A stretch of 64,000 nt of DNA, from positions 186,001 through 250,000 of the forward strand of contig MCFH01000029.1 of the NCBI GenBank assembly GCA_002104945.1, in the 5' to 3' direction. The position numbers were made by a program, and so were the translations under genes. This DNA comes from Piromyces finnis finn. Lineage: Eukaryota > Fungi > Neocallimastigomycota. The notes beneath the pieces were generated by a model. That model had not been told where the DNA came from. It made no database searches and worked only from the letters and a program-made list of their open reading frames with translations. Shown here piece after piece: positions 11,712 through 27,892 of this stretch; within the stretch, counting starts at the first letter, position 1, and every line of letters begins with the position of its first letter.

Positions 11712-14008
11712 AATAATATGAATAATAACTTGATACAGAATCGATTACAAAATAATTGTAATATGATGTTTAATAATAATAACAACAATAATAACAATAT
11801 GAATAATAGTATGGGAAATAATATGAATAATATTAATAATAATATGAATATAAATAACATAAACAACAACAATAATAATAGTAGTGACAACAACAGCAAT
11901 AATAATAACGCAAATAATATGAACAACATGAATAATAATATGAATATGAATAATATGAATAATAATATGAATATGAATAATATGAATAATAATATGAGTA
12001 TGAATAATAACATGAATATGAATAACAATATGAATATGAATAACAACAATATGAATAACAATATGAACAACAATATGAATAATAATATGAATATTAATAA
12101 CATGAATAGCATGAATTGTATGAATAATATGAACATGAATAATAATATTAATAATATAAACAACAATAACATGAGTAATAATAATACTAATACTAATAAC
12201 AACAACAACAATAATAATAATAATAATAACCATAATAATCATCATCTTCATAATAATAACAACAATAACAATAATAATAACAATAACAACAACAATAATA
12301 ATAATAACAATAATAATAATAATAATAACAGTAACAACAACATGAATCAATTTATATATCAAACTCAAAATTCTAATATGAATCCCAATATGAATCCAAA
12401 TATAAATCCAAATATGAATCTAAATATGAATTCAAATAATATGAACTATAACCAGTCACCACCACAAAATCAAATAATGAATAATAGGATGATAGAAAAA
12501 TCTCAATTACCAAAAAGTGCTCATTTAATAGCTACTATACAAAACAGTATGTATAATATATTCTATATTTTATATTTTAATAATTAATATAATATATAAT
12601 AGCATATTTTTTATTAATTACTATATAAAAATTTGACAAAGAAACTGAAGGTATTGTTTGCTCTATTGCCACTAATGATCCTTATATTTATACTGGTGGA
12701 AGGGTAAAATATAATTTTAAAAATATTTTCATACTTATATGATATGGTATAATTATTAATAATTTTTTTTTTTTTATATTGATAATAGGGATATATCAAA
12801 ACATGGGATATCAATAAAATCAAAGATAAGAGTGGTGTTATTGAACCATTGTATAATTTAGAATGCTTAGATGGATATATTCGAGCATGTAAAGTAACAC
12901 CTGATTCACGTAATTTAATTGTTGCAGGAGAATCAGAGTATATTGTTATATGTGATATTACTAAACCTCAACCAACAATTCAAACTCGTCTTACGTTACC
13001 AGAATCGGAAGCTTCTACATATGCATTATCAACAAGTGTAGATTCAAGATATTTATTTAGTTGTTCAAGTAATAATTGTATATATGTTTGGGATATACAT
13101 ACTTCGAAACTTATAAAGTATGTAAACACAGTGAATATATTTTTCTATAAAAAATCTTTTTATTTTATTTTAATTAAACATATTATTATATATTATTATA
13201 TATGTAATATATTAATTTCTATATAAAAGGACTTTGAAGGGTCATACCGATTGTGTAACATGTTGCTCAATGACCCCAGATGGTAAATTAGTTACTGGTA
13301 GTTTAGATAAAACTGTTCGTCTATGGGAGGTTGGACCAGAAAAAGAAATGACAAAAATTGAATTCCCAGATCAAATCTTTTCTTTAGATATTTCTCCAAC
13401 AGTACCATATTTATCTGTCGGGTAATTTAAGATTATATATTATATATATTAAATATATCAATAAAAAATTCAGATTTAAATGTTTATTCTCCTTTTTTAT
13501 TATAATATTAATAAGCTAAATAATATATATTTGTAATTTAATTAATTTTTCTAATCAATATATTTAATCAATAGTTTACAAAATAGCATAGTTGATATTC
13601 GTTATTTAATGGAATGTAAAAATGAATCTGAACATAAAGGTCATGATAATTGTGTATTAAGTTTAAAATATGCTCCATCTGGTAATTGGTTTATTACTAC
13701 AGGAAAAGATTGCCAATGGATTATATGGAAAGGTCCAGAAGGTGGTATTTTACTAAAGGTAGGTTAAATATTATTATTATAAAACTATTTTATTTTGATA
13801 AATATCAATACCAATATATATATAAAACAAAATAAAACAAAAAAACAAACAAATAAAAAACATGACAATTGACAATATATTATTATTTTTAATTTAATAG
13901 CAAAAAGAAAATGCCTCACTTTTATGTTGTGATATCTCTAATTGTGGAAAATACTTTTTAACAGGATCAGGAGATGGAACAGCAAATATTTATGAAATTG
14001 AGTATTAA
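9538..14008 (+). CDS. TLE: Groucho/TLE-type transcriptional corepressor (TLE_N/Q coiled-coil, AT-hook-like motif, N/M-rich region, C-terminal WD40 propeller); multi-exon
   Basis: DTIKKEINILEDVY...LSDKVELQKSYIHFFELCYQLNFEIKKQ matches TLE DRIKEEFQFL...[29 protein letters not shown]. WD40 exons (PKSAHLI...EGIVCSI...YIYTGGRGYIKTWDI...DGYIRACKV...TYALS...KGHTDCVTC...LVTGSLDKTVRLW...QIFSL...HDNCVLSLKYAPSGNWFITTGKD...LLCCDISNCGKYFLTGSGDGTANIYEIEY*) follow TLE collinearly to the last residue. Confidence 0.9.
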
Positions 14009-14565
14009 ATGATCTTAGAAAAATTATGTTGGATATAAAATATGATTGTTAATTTATTTATTAATTAATTTTTCTTTTTGTTTTTCCTTATTTTTTAAAA
14101 TCATAGTTAATATTTTTTTTTAATTATTTATTATTATTTTTTTTTAATACAGAATATATATATATATATATTTATCAAATTGTTTATTTTATTCTTTTTT
14201 ATGTGTTATATCAGATTTATTATATTACTTTTAATTTTATAAAAAAATATAAGAAATGTAAAATTATTATTTAAAGAAATAAATTTAATAACTAAAAATT
14301 AATAAAATTTTTATATTTGTTTAATTTATTAATTACTATGAAATAAGCAATTAATAAATATCTAAAATTGATAAATATTATGTTTTAAAGTAAACTTTGA
14401 ATATAAAATAAATGATTAAATATAATATAATATAATAAAATAAATAAAATAGAATAAAAATAAATAATAATTATTATTATAAGAATCTTATTTTTATTTT
14501 ATTTATTTAATTCATATATAAATTAATGATTAAATTTTTAATGATTATTGACTACGATTAAAGAA

Positions 14566-17565
14566 TTAGTGCCTATAACTACGTGAATATCTTTCTCTGC
14601 TTCTACTTCTGTCTTTATTTTTGTTTCTTTCTCTTTCTCTATCCCTATCTCTTCCTTTTCTTCTATCTTTGTCTCTTATATCTCTACTTCTACTTCTATT
14701 TTTGCTTCTGCTTCTGCTTCTGCTTCTGCTTCTACTTCTACTTCTGCTTCTGCTTCTATTTCTACTTATAGAGCGCCTTTCACTTAAATGCTTATATGAA
14801 CGTCTACTATCTCTTATTCTACTTCTACTTCTACTTCTACTTCTACTTCTACTTCTACTCCTTGACAAAGATTTTCTGTTTTTATCTTTTTCATTTTCAA
14901 TTTTTTTATCATCTTTAGAATTCTTTATATTTTTTTCTTCATCACTTTTTTTACTTATTGTCTTATTGTTGATTTCATTTTTATCCTTTTCTTTATTTTC
15001 TTTTTTTAAATCATTTTCTTTTCTTTTATATTCTTCTTTAATTTCTTTTTTTACCTTTTCATCATCTCTCTTTTTTTCATATTCATCTTTTTCTTTTCTA
15101 TTTCTTGATCTTGATCTACTTCTTGATGGACTATTATAACGTCTATTACGCTCTGTAGAATGGTTAGAATGTCTTTCTCTATTTTTATATTCCTTCTCAC
15201 TGTTTTTTCTTTTTTTGCTATTATTTTTATGATAATCAGATTCATAGTCTGATTCTGAACTTGAATATGAATCTGAACTAGAACCTGTGCTGCTCTCAGA
15301 ATCATAAGAGTCATAAGAATCATATGAATCATAAGAATCATAAGAATCATAGGAACTTGATGAACCAGTAGAAGAATCATAAGAATCATAAGATGAACTT
15401 GAACTTGAGTCAGAATCAGAATCAGAATCTTCTAATTCACGTTTTTGCTGCATAATTAATTTAGGTGCATTTTTAAGATGCTCACGTAATTCATCAGTTA
15501 AACCACCTAAACCAATACTAGTAAAGTAATTGATAGCGAAACGGGTATCTTTTGGATTATCTTTAGGGAAAAGACCATCAAACACACCTCTTGTAACTGT
15601 ACCAGCTGGTGTATTAACTTCAATTACCATGGTTTCATCTTTAAGTCGTTCATTTAATTTCTTTAAACCTAAAGCTTCACTTAATTCTTGGAATAAAATT
15701 TTGATGAAGATACGAGAACTAGAAGTAGTACTACTTTCAGTTAATCGAATTAATGCAAAAACATTCCATGATATCGCATCTGATGCTAATAAATGTGCGA
15801 AGAATTTTGCAATATTTCTAAGATTATTTGTTTCAAAACGATGTATTGTCTTATAATGAGTTTCAAATGATTCCATAAATTTTTCTTGCCATACTTTATT
15901 AATTTTACAAAATCTTTCTCCAAGAAGACCATACATATTAATATAAGTTTTTTCTTGACTACAACATTCAATTATCATTTCACAGAGTTCATTTTCTTGA
16001 CCCTCTTTTATGTCTAATTTCATTAATTTATGAGCACATTCTTCGAAATTAATACTTGACATAATAATTAAGTAAATAGCACGTCTTAAATTAATTGTAT
16101 CTTGATTAGTTCTATCTTGTATTTCCAATTTTTCTTGTGCTTTTTGTAATTCATCTTTAGAATCAGAATCAGATTCAGAATCAGAACTTGATTCATCAGA
16201 ACTTGATTCTGAACCAGAACTTGATTCTGTGTCTGAATCATCACCTGAATCGGAATCAGAATCACCAAGAATTTCTTTTTTAATATCATTATATTTTTCT
16301 TCATTTTCAAGGAAGTCTTTATCAAATTGGAATACATTAAGCATTTCACTTGTTTCTAAGTCATCATTTAATGATAAATAATGTGTAATTTGATCATCCT
16401 CTTCTACTAAATCTAATTCTGAAACAATTGTTGGATTATCTTTATACTTTTCTCTTCTGACTTGGAATAAAACTTCAACCATATATTGAGTTCTTTTATC
16501 AATTTGACCTTCATGAAGAATAGATCTAAATCTTTCAAAAATAGCATTATTAGCTTTTGCACTAACTTCTGCAAGTAAAGCACCACATTCTCTTATAAAT
16601 CCAATTGCAACTTCAACTGAATCATTTGTTGGACGTTCTAATAAAAGTGTTAAAATTTGTAAAGCTATAATTTCGTGAGCAACTCTTTGATTAACTAAAT
16701 GAGCAATAAAATGTGTTGATGATAGACATGCTTGCTTATTGTTTCTACGATAAGCTCTTTTAAATTGAACAATTAAACGAGTTAATAAAAGTTCACCAAT
16801 TTGTGGAAATTTTGTATTAATTACTGCAATCATTGCTGCATAAACGTTTGTAAATGTAGATGATGCTACTTGAGCCTTCATTACGCTACGACAGAGTAAA
16901 CCTCTTCCACGAATTAAATTTTCGCTCAAAAGTTCAGGTATTATATTTTTAATATTTGAAGTATTTACCTTATTAATTAAACCATTAATACTTTTTTTTA
17001 ATGCTTCCCAGCTCATACGTTGATATTCCTCGCTATTCTTATCTTCAATTTGTTCTTGCATTAATCTTAATCTTCCTGGTGGAATATACATTCCACCAGT
17101 TCTTCCTTGCTTTATTGCAATATTTGTTGCTGTTTCTTTATTTTTATCTGGTTTAATATCTATTTGTTTACGAAGTTGATTTTCTCTTTCACGCTTTCTT
17201 TCTGGATCGATATCTATAATCCTTGGAATGTCATTTCTATGTGGTTCTTCCAAAGATTTTGATCTTGAACGATTTCTATAACTATGTCTTTTGTGCTTTT
17301 GAGATGGTGATGGTGATCTTGAATGATGTCTAGAATTGTATTTTCTATGCTTTGGTGATAATGGTTTTGAATCTGAATCTGAATTACTTTCTGTATCATG
17401 ACGTCTTTTTAATTTTTTTGTTTTATTATTATTTGAAGAACTTGCTGAAGAAACAGAGACAGATCTTGATCTTGAATTAGAATCTGTTCTTGTACTTGAA
17501 GTTGATCTTGAAGATGATCTCGATCTTGAACTTGATATAGATCTTGACCTTGATCGTGAACTCAT
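14566..17565 (-). CDS. CWC22: Pre-mRNA splicing factor Cwc22 (MIF4G + MA3 domains, RS-rich termini); single exon
   Basis: [79 protein letters not shown] are canonical Cwc22 motifs. Confidence 0.98.
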   Translation of the reverse strand: MSSRSRSRSISSSRSRSSSRSTSSTRTDSNSRSRSVSVSSASSSNNNKTKKLKRRHDTESNSDSDSKPLSPKHRKYNSRHHSRSPSPSQKHKRHSYRNRSRSKSLEEPHRNDIPRIIDIDPERKRERENQLRKQIDIKPDKNKETATNIAIKQGRTGGMYIPPGRLRLMQEQIEDKNSEEYQRMSWEALKKSINGLINKVNTSNIKNIIPELLSENLIRGRGLLCRSVMKAQVASSTFTNVYAAMIAVINTKFPQIGELLLTRLIVQFKRAYRRNNKQACLSSTHFIAHLVNQRVAHEIIALQILTLLLERPTNDSVEVAIGFIRECGALLAEVSAKANNAIFERFRSILHEGQIDKRTQYMVEVLFQVRREKYKDNPTIVSELDLVEEDDQITHYLSLNDDLETSEMLNVFQFDKDFLENEEKYNDIKKEILGDSDSDSGDDSDTESSSGSESSSDESSSDSESDSDSKDELQKAQEKLEIQDRTNQDTINLRRAIYLIIMSSINFEECAHKLMKLDIKEGQENELCEMIIECCSQEKTYINMYGLLGERFCKINKVWQEKFMESFETHYKTIHRFETNNLRNIAKFFAHLLASDAISWNVFALIRLTESSTTSSSRIFIKILFQELSEALGLKKLNERLKDETMVIEVNTPAGTVTRGVFDGLFPKDNPKDTRFAINYFTSIGLGGLTDELREHLKNAPKLIMQQKRELEDSDSDSDSSSSSSYDSYDSSTGSSSSYDSYDSYDSYDSYDSYDSESSTGSSSDSYSSSESDYESDYHKNNSKKRKNSEKEYKNRERHSNHSTERNRRYNSPSRSRSRSRNRKEKDEYEKKRDDEKVKKEIKEEYKRKENDLKKENKEKDKNEINNKTISKKSDEEKNIKNSKDDKKIENEKDKNRKSLSRSRSRSRSRSRSRSRIRDSRRSYKHLSERRSISRNRSRSRSRSRSRSRSRSRSKNRSRSRDIRDKDRRKGRDRDRERERNKNKDRSRSRERYSRSYRH

Positions 17566-18056
17566 TTTTTTTTTTTTTTTATTAATATTTATTTTTATTT
17601 GAAATAATTTTATATATTTTTTAAAAACTTATATATTCTATTAAATCAGATAAAAAACTAAATAAAAAAATTTTTTATTTCAAATTTTTATAGTTATATA
17701 TTAAATATAAATTTATATTCTTTATTCCTAAATTAATATAATAAATTTTTTATACAAAATAATAAAATAAAATAAAAGATAATGAAAAAAACAAAACAAA
17801 ACAAATATTATATTTTATATATATTATGTAAATATTATATATAGTTTTTTCTTTTTTCCTTTTTTTTTTATTATTAATAGATATAATGATCTAATATTAC
17901 TTTTATTTTTATTTTAATATTTAATTATTAATTCTAGATAGTATACATTTTTTAAAAAAAAACACTAATATTATACAAATATTAAAACTATTTATATAAA
18001 TAAACTCTATATTTTCTTTTACTAAGTACATTGTAGGAGGTATAAGTGTTGTATTA

Positions 18057-21000
18057 TTACAATTGTTTCTCTTTTTCTACATCAATTTTTTTCTTTCTTA
18101 ATATGATATCTACTAAGTTTCGAACTTTAAAGTATTTTAAATAGTCATTATTGAATACAGTATAATAATCACCAAAATATTTTGAGTAATCCTCTGAATT
18201 TATTAAAAGAGAATATGTTGATTTCATTTTGTTCATTAGTTTTTTATTTATGGTATCACTAGATACATTTATTACTGTTTCAGGATTATTTTTTTCAAGC
18301 AACAATTCATTTGATGAATTATTATTACTATTTTTAACAAATTCTTTATCAATTATGTTGTTATTTTTTGATAAAGGATATATTTTTTGTTGTAAATTTT
18401 CTTTAATTTTTAGATTGGTATACATAAATTTAATAGCCCCCATTTTATAAATTCCATCAAAATAATGAATGTCTTCTGTTATTTGAGAATCAGGGGGCCA
18501 GTTATTTAATCCAATTAAATGACCAATTATAATTGGTATACCAAGACATTGTAATGATAAAACTCTAAATTTTAAATTCCATATTGATGGAATTACATAA
18601 GGGATGTTAAATGTATTTGGGATAAGAAAAGTATATGCAGAACTAAGTAATAGACAAATACATATAAAAACTGTTGTCCATAAAAACGCATATTCTTTCA
18701 TTAAATATACCATTTGAACATTTGAGTATTCTAATTTTTTATTGGAATAAAACATTCTGAAATAAATATATGCTTTCTTCAACAGCGATTTATTTTTAAT
18801 ATAATTTTTTCTTTTTTGACTCCACGATACATAAAGAAGAACAAATAATCTACCAAATATTAATTGTAAAATAATTGATACACAAAGTAATGCAAATAAA
18901 AATTCAGGGATTACTTTTGGGTGATGAAGAACAGTTGAATCTGGTATACCATAACCTTTAATAAAATAATATAAAAAGAAAACAAATAGAGATAATGTAA
19001 ATTGTAGAATAATGATTATTAAAGTATAAAATGCTGCCTTTCGATTACTTTTTACTACATTTTTTAATTCTTCATACCAAATTTCATATTTTGTATTTTT
19101 ATTAACAGATGTTAAAAGACTTAGTGGGAAAGTGAACGTATAACGTTCCATGATCCATATTTGAAAAGTTATTGCAAGTGTAACAAATATTAAGTCTAAG
19201 GTAGCATTTCTAATTATATGAGTATATACATATCTTTTTCTGACTTCTTTATAAATATTAATAACTTTTTGTATTTCTTGGGAGTACATTTCGGATGAAT
19301 ATTCATCATCATCATTTAGTGGATTTCTCTTTAGATATTCTGGATAATCAATAGGTACCATACCCATTGTTTTGAATAAATTAATAACATATAATTGTTT
19401 TTGATATAATAAGTCACGTAAAAGGATTCTAATATATTCCTCAGAATTTTGGATATTGGCTAACCCTTCAATCCATGATGTAATCATTCTTCCTTCACTT
19501 TGAGCAGGTGCAGGATATCCTAACAAACCTGTTACTGTAGCAGCAATATCTAAGTTATTCCATGTATTTTGTGGGAAAAAATCTTTTCCTTTAAATGAGC
19601 CGAAATTTGAATTTTTTTTGTATACCATTATTGGTACCTCCATATTTTGTTTATGTGTACCTCCATGACCTCCTGCATCAACTTGACCATGATCTGATAT
19701 AATAATAACAATAGTATTTTCATCAACAATGTTTAAAATTTCTTTTACATGATTTGCTTTATCTGTACATGCTTTGTAATATGTATTATTTTTATTATAT
19801 TTACGTGTTACTCCGTATGCATGACCTTGAATATCTATATCAGAAAAATGTGTTAAAAAAAGATCAAATTCAATTGCTCCAGTTAATGCTTGTTTTGTTA
19901 TCTTCATACGTTCAAGGTCAGCATAATATGCATTAGTATTACTACCAAGAGGTCCAAATGATGGTGCTACACCGCCATCACCAACTAATTGAGAAAGTTG
20001 ACTTTTAACTAATGCAGGAAATGTTGTAGATCCAGTAATACCACAAAATGTACCATTTTCAGAAATAACTCTCCCGAATATTGAATCAAAAGTAGTTTCT
20101 GGTGCTAGAATATTATTTAAGAGTCCGTGTATTTCCGGTGGAGAACCAGTCATAATTGATAACCAATTTGGTAACGACATAGATGGTAATGAACATTTAA
20201 TCTTATAATATTTAGCATCTTTCATAATGTTTTTATTTGAAATTATTTCTTTAAATTCTGGATGTTCTAGAAATTTGTCGTATCGAAGTCCATCTAATAG
20301 TACAATTTCAACTTTGTTTTTTTTATTGAAAAATTTATTAAACTTTTGTTTATATAAATTTTGAATACGGTTTCTTTCTGCTGTCATACCTCTAGAAACT
20401 GTTTTTGGAAAAAATTCTCCTTGAGTATTCATAATTTTAATAAATTCTAATAAAAAATTACTTAATAAAATAACAACTAGAATAATTACTATAATACTGA
20501 AAAGTTTATGACCTTTGTCAACTCTTTCTTTCATTTGCTTTCTTGCTGATTGAATTTCCAATGTATTATCAATATCCTTAATTATATCAGTCAAAATTTT
20601 TTTTTCTGATTCTGGAGTATTAGATGTATTATTTATCATAATCTTCTTATTATCATTGTCATCATCATCATCATCATCATTGTCATTATCCTCATTATTT
20701 TTTTTAACATTATTGTTATTTTCTTTATCATCATCATCACTTTTTATTTTATTTATAATCGTTTGTTTAACTTTTTTTACATGACTTTTATATTTATTTC
20801 CATTTGAATTATTTATATGATTATTTGTACTAATATCTTCTATTTTTAAAGAAAATGTTCTTGATATTAGATCTAGTATTGGATAACGTACATAATAACC
20901 AAACCGTTTTCTTGATGTTATTACTTTATTGGTTAAATATAATAATGGTATCTATAATTTAATATAAAATAATATTTTATGATTAATTGAAATGAAGGAA

Positions 21001-21916
21001 TTAACAATTCACATAGAATTATATATATTACATGTTAATATAAAAAACCAACTATATATATAGAAATGTAAAATGCCGATTTAACTTACTAAAATAAATA
21101 AATTTATGATTGATAAAGATAATTGAATAATTAAACGATCCCCAGATGGTTTTGATAATAGCATAAAATGAATACTTAAATTAATAATATATAATGTTAT
21201 TTCAATAATTAATGATTTTACTTTTTGTTTTTGAATCTCGGATAAAAACATGATTCCAACAACTACTGAAAAGATTAATGTTGTAATATATAAGATTTTT
21301 AATATATAATTCATTCCAGGATCTCTTAAAAAAGTTTTCCATGTTAAGAAAATATTATTTGAAGATTTTTCAGTGTTTATTACATTTGTATTTTTGTTAT
21401 AAGTATAAATAATTTTTCTATCAAAATATCCTATATATGAATTTTCATCCTTGACATTATATTGTGGAAACAATAGTTTAATTCCATCACCTTCACTATC
21501 ACTCAATATATTGTAATTTTGAATAAAGAATGGAAAAAAAATTATATGAACTATAATCTTTAATAAATAAATTGAATACATTGTTAATATTTATTTGTCA
21601 AAATTATATATTCATTATAAAATAAATTAAGTAAAATTACATAAATGATAATGAGGATCGACAGTATTGTTAGTAAAGTTTTTGATGGCTTATAAATAGG
21701 GTTTTGTCTTTTTTTATAAGTTTTAGTTTTTTCTATACTTTCTTCATCTGATATATAATTATTATCTAAATTACTAATAGTTTCCTGAATCTTATTATAT
21801 AATTCTTTTTCTTCTCCATCTTTTGTATTTAAAAATTGTAATTGAACTGCGTTTTCTGGATTTATAATTTTTTCTGGAAGTAATGACGATGCTTGATAAG
21901 ACCGAAGTATAGTCAT
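18057..21916 (-). CDS. Multi-pass membrane protein of the alkaline phosphatase/phosphodiesterase superfamily (GPI ethanolamine-phosphate-transferase-like); 3 exons
   Basis: Metal/active-site motifs VLLDGLRYD, PSMSLPNW..MTG...HG, HFSDIDIQGH, SDHGQVDAGGHGG, plus C-terminal TM helices. The open frame extends upstream of the listed ORF to an AG acceptor at 20951 and joins in frame to ORFs 21081..21581 and 21584..21916 via GT-AG introns. Confidence 0.8.
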
Positions 21917-22983
21917 ATTATTTAATTAAGAAATTTTTATTTTTATATTTATTAAATTCACCTTTTAATAATTGGTTAATTTATTAATCGAAAAAAAAAA
22001 GAAAACTAAAGGATTGATATAATGAAATATAGTTTATGTTATTTTTATTGATATGTTTATATATTTTATTAATATAAATTTGTACAAACATTTAAATTAT
22101 TAACTTGTATAAATATATTTTCCTTTTTTTTTAAACTTTTAATAATTAAACCGAAAAAAAAAAAACTTTTTTTTTTTATTTTGAATTAGATTTAATAATA
22201 TTGATGTAAGATAATTCTTTTTTTTTTTTTTTTTTTTTATTATATAAATATAAATATATTATAAAAAAACCATTTATGTCTTTTTTTTTTTAAAAACTGA
22301 TTTTTTTATTTTAAAAAATTTTATTTGAAAATTTTATGTGTTATAAAAATTTACTGCATTCATTTTAATCTGAGTATTTTTTGAAATGAATATTATTTTT
22401 TAATTATTTCCTTTATGTTATTGTTACGCTTAATCATAATTGAAAAAAAAAAAAGATTAATTTTTTTTTTTTACTTTTTTGTTATTAATTAAAATTATAA
22501 ATACATTAATTAATATATTATATTTGTTATTTTTATTATTGAACCTTGTTATATCAATAATATTAAATAAGATTTTTAATTATTTTTTTTTTTTTTTTAT
22601 TAATTTCATATAAAATCGAAAAAATAAATATTTTTATTTTTGTTAAAAATAGGAAATTATAAATATTTTTATTAATGTTTATATTTTAAAAAAAAAGTTT
22701 GAAATATACAATTGATAAAAAAGGAATTATTTTTATAACATCATTATTTTATTATATTATTAAAAACAAGATATGATGATAAATTAAAATGAATATTGTT
22801 TTTTAGTAGTGGTATTTAAATAAATTAAAAAAGATATACATTATATTTAAACCAAAATACGCTGAATTAAATATCCTTTGTTATTAAAGTGTATTTATAT
22901 CAATTACATTTTATGATTGATTATTATTTTATATTTCTTGTATAAAGTTTAAAGAAAAAAGAATTATATAAATATAAATTTTG

Positions 22984-26420
<3,437 letters not shown>

Positions 26421-27892
26421 ATTTTTAGAATTAAATCAGCAGTAGTATTATTTTCATACTTTTGTCTTTATAATATTTTGTTTTTATTTATATAATTCAA
26501 AAATTAAACTATCCATTAAAATTAAAATTTACCTCTAGTATTACAAGTACTATATTAATTAATTTAAATGTAATACAAGGAAAAATAAATAAATGAAATA
26601 TAATTAATAAATTAAATAATTATTAATAAATAATAATAGGAATAAAGTTATACGACAATATAAAACATAAATTTCTTATTTATATATATATAAATATATA
26701 AATTTCTAAACTTTATTCCTTTTTTAAATCAAAGTTTTTAAAATAATAAGAAAAAATATAATTAAATAAAGGAAAGTTAAAAAAAAAATAAATAATAATT
26801 AAAATAAATCAATTGTTAAATAAATATTATTAATTATTTTTAATTTCAAAACTTATACTTTTGAAATAATATATTTTTAAAAAAACTTTTAATTAGTTAT
26901 GATAATAATTTAAAGTTCATATACATATATCAAATATTTATTTTTATAATATTTGATAAAAATTTTATTAAAAATGTTTAAAAATAATATTATATATGGA
27001 AAGGTGTAAAAAAGAGATTTTATATAAAATCTTTTAAAATGTGAAAACACTGTCATTACATTTTTGTATATTATTTTATTAAATAACACAATAAAATAAA
27101 AAAGATATTAAAGAAAAGTTTCCTTTTCTATATAAACTAATAAAAAAAAGATTAATCTTATATAATAAAGTTTCATAAACTTTAAAAAGTTTAAGTATTT
27201 ATATATAAAAAACGTTTTTTCCTTTTTTCCTCGAAAATTTAAAATAATTAATTTGATAATATTAAAAGACAAAAGAAAATTTTAAATTTTTTTATTTTAA
27301 TTTGTATTTTGGAATTTGACAATATATTAACTGTAAATATATTGGCATAAAAATGAAAATCGTTAAAATATTTAAAGAATATAATAATTATTGAATTGAA
27401 TAATATTTCTTATAATATTGATAGTATTATACTAAAGCAAAAATTATAATATAAGCTGAATAATCCAAAATTTTCATTATAAAGATTTTATTAATTAAAA
27501 TCAAATAGGAACTTAAAAACAATTTTTCTAGAAAAAAAAATAAACATATAAACAATTACATTGTATATATAAACATTGATATATATTAACAATTTAAAAA
27601 TCAGTTATTTTCATTTATATCTGGAATATAAATTGTGGAAATAATTTCATATTATAATTACGAAAAAACAAAACAATACTAAATATTGACACAATGCTAT
27701 CGTTTTAAGGGATTCATTTTTATAAAGATTTCTATCGTATATTTTATTCAAATAAAAATTATAATAAATATTTGAATATACATATTTTTCTTCCTTTTTT
27801 TTTTCTTTTTCTGTTTTTGAGTTATATAAATTCTCAAAAAATTAATTAAAATCAATAATAACATAAAAACCTTTAAAATATATTTATTGAAA

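Noticed and set aside
11645-12368. Long antisense ORFs (poly-L/I/V), also 14583..15139, 24210..24860 and 48190..48498
   Set aside because: They are mirror frames of AAT/AAC, RS or TTA repeats; no independent coding signal.
15290-15430. Short tandem repeats (TCATAAGAA, TCAGAA) that could resemble an array
   Set aside because: They are coding SYD/SD repeats of CWC22. There are no spacers, so this is not CRISPR; no CRISPR array or cas gene was seen anywhere.
20700-20800. Suspected premature stop between the upstream exons and ORF 18057..20639
   Set aside because: Careful re-reading shows an open frame (KSHVKKVKQTIINKIKSDDDD) up to the acceptor at 20951.
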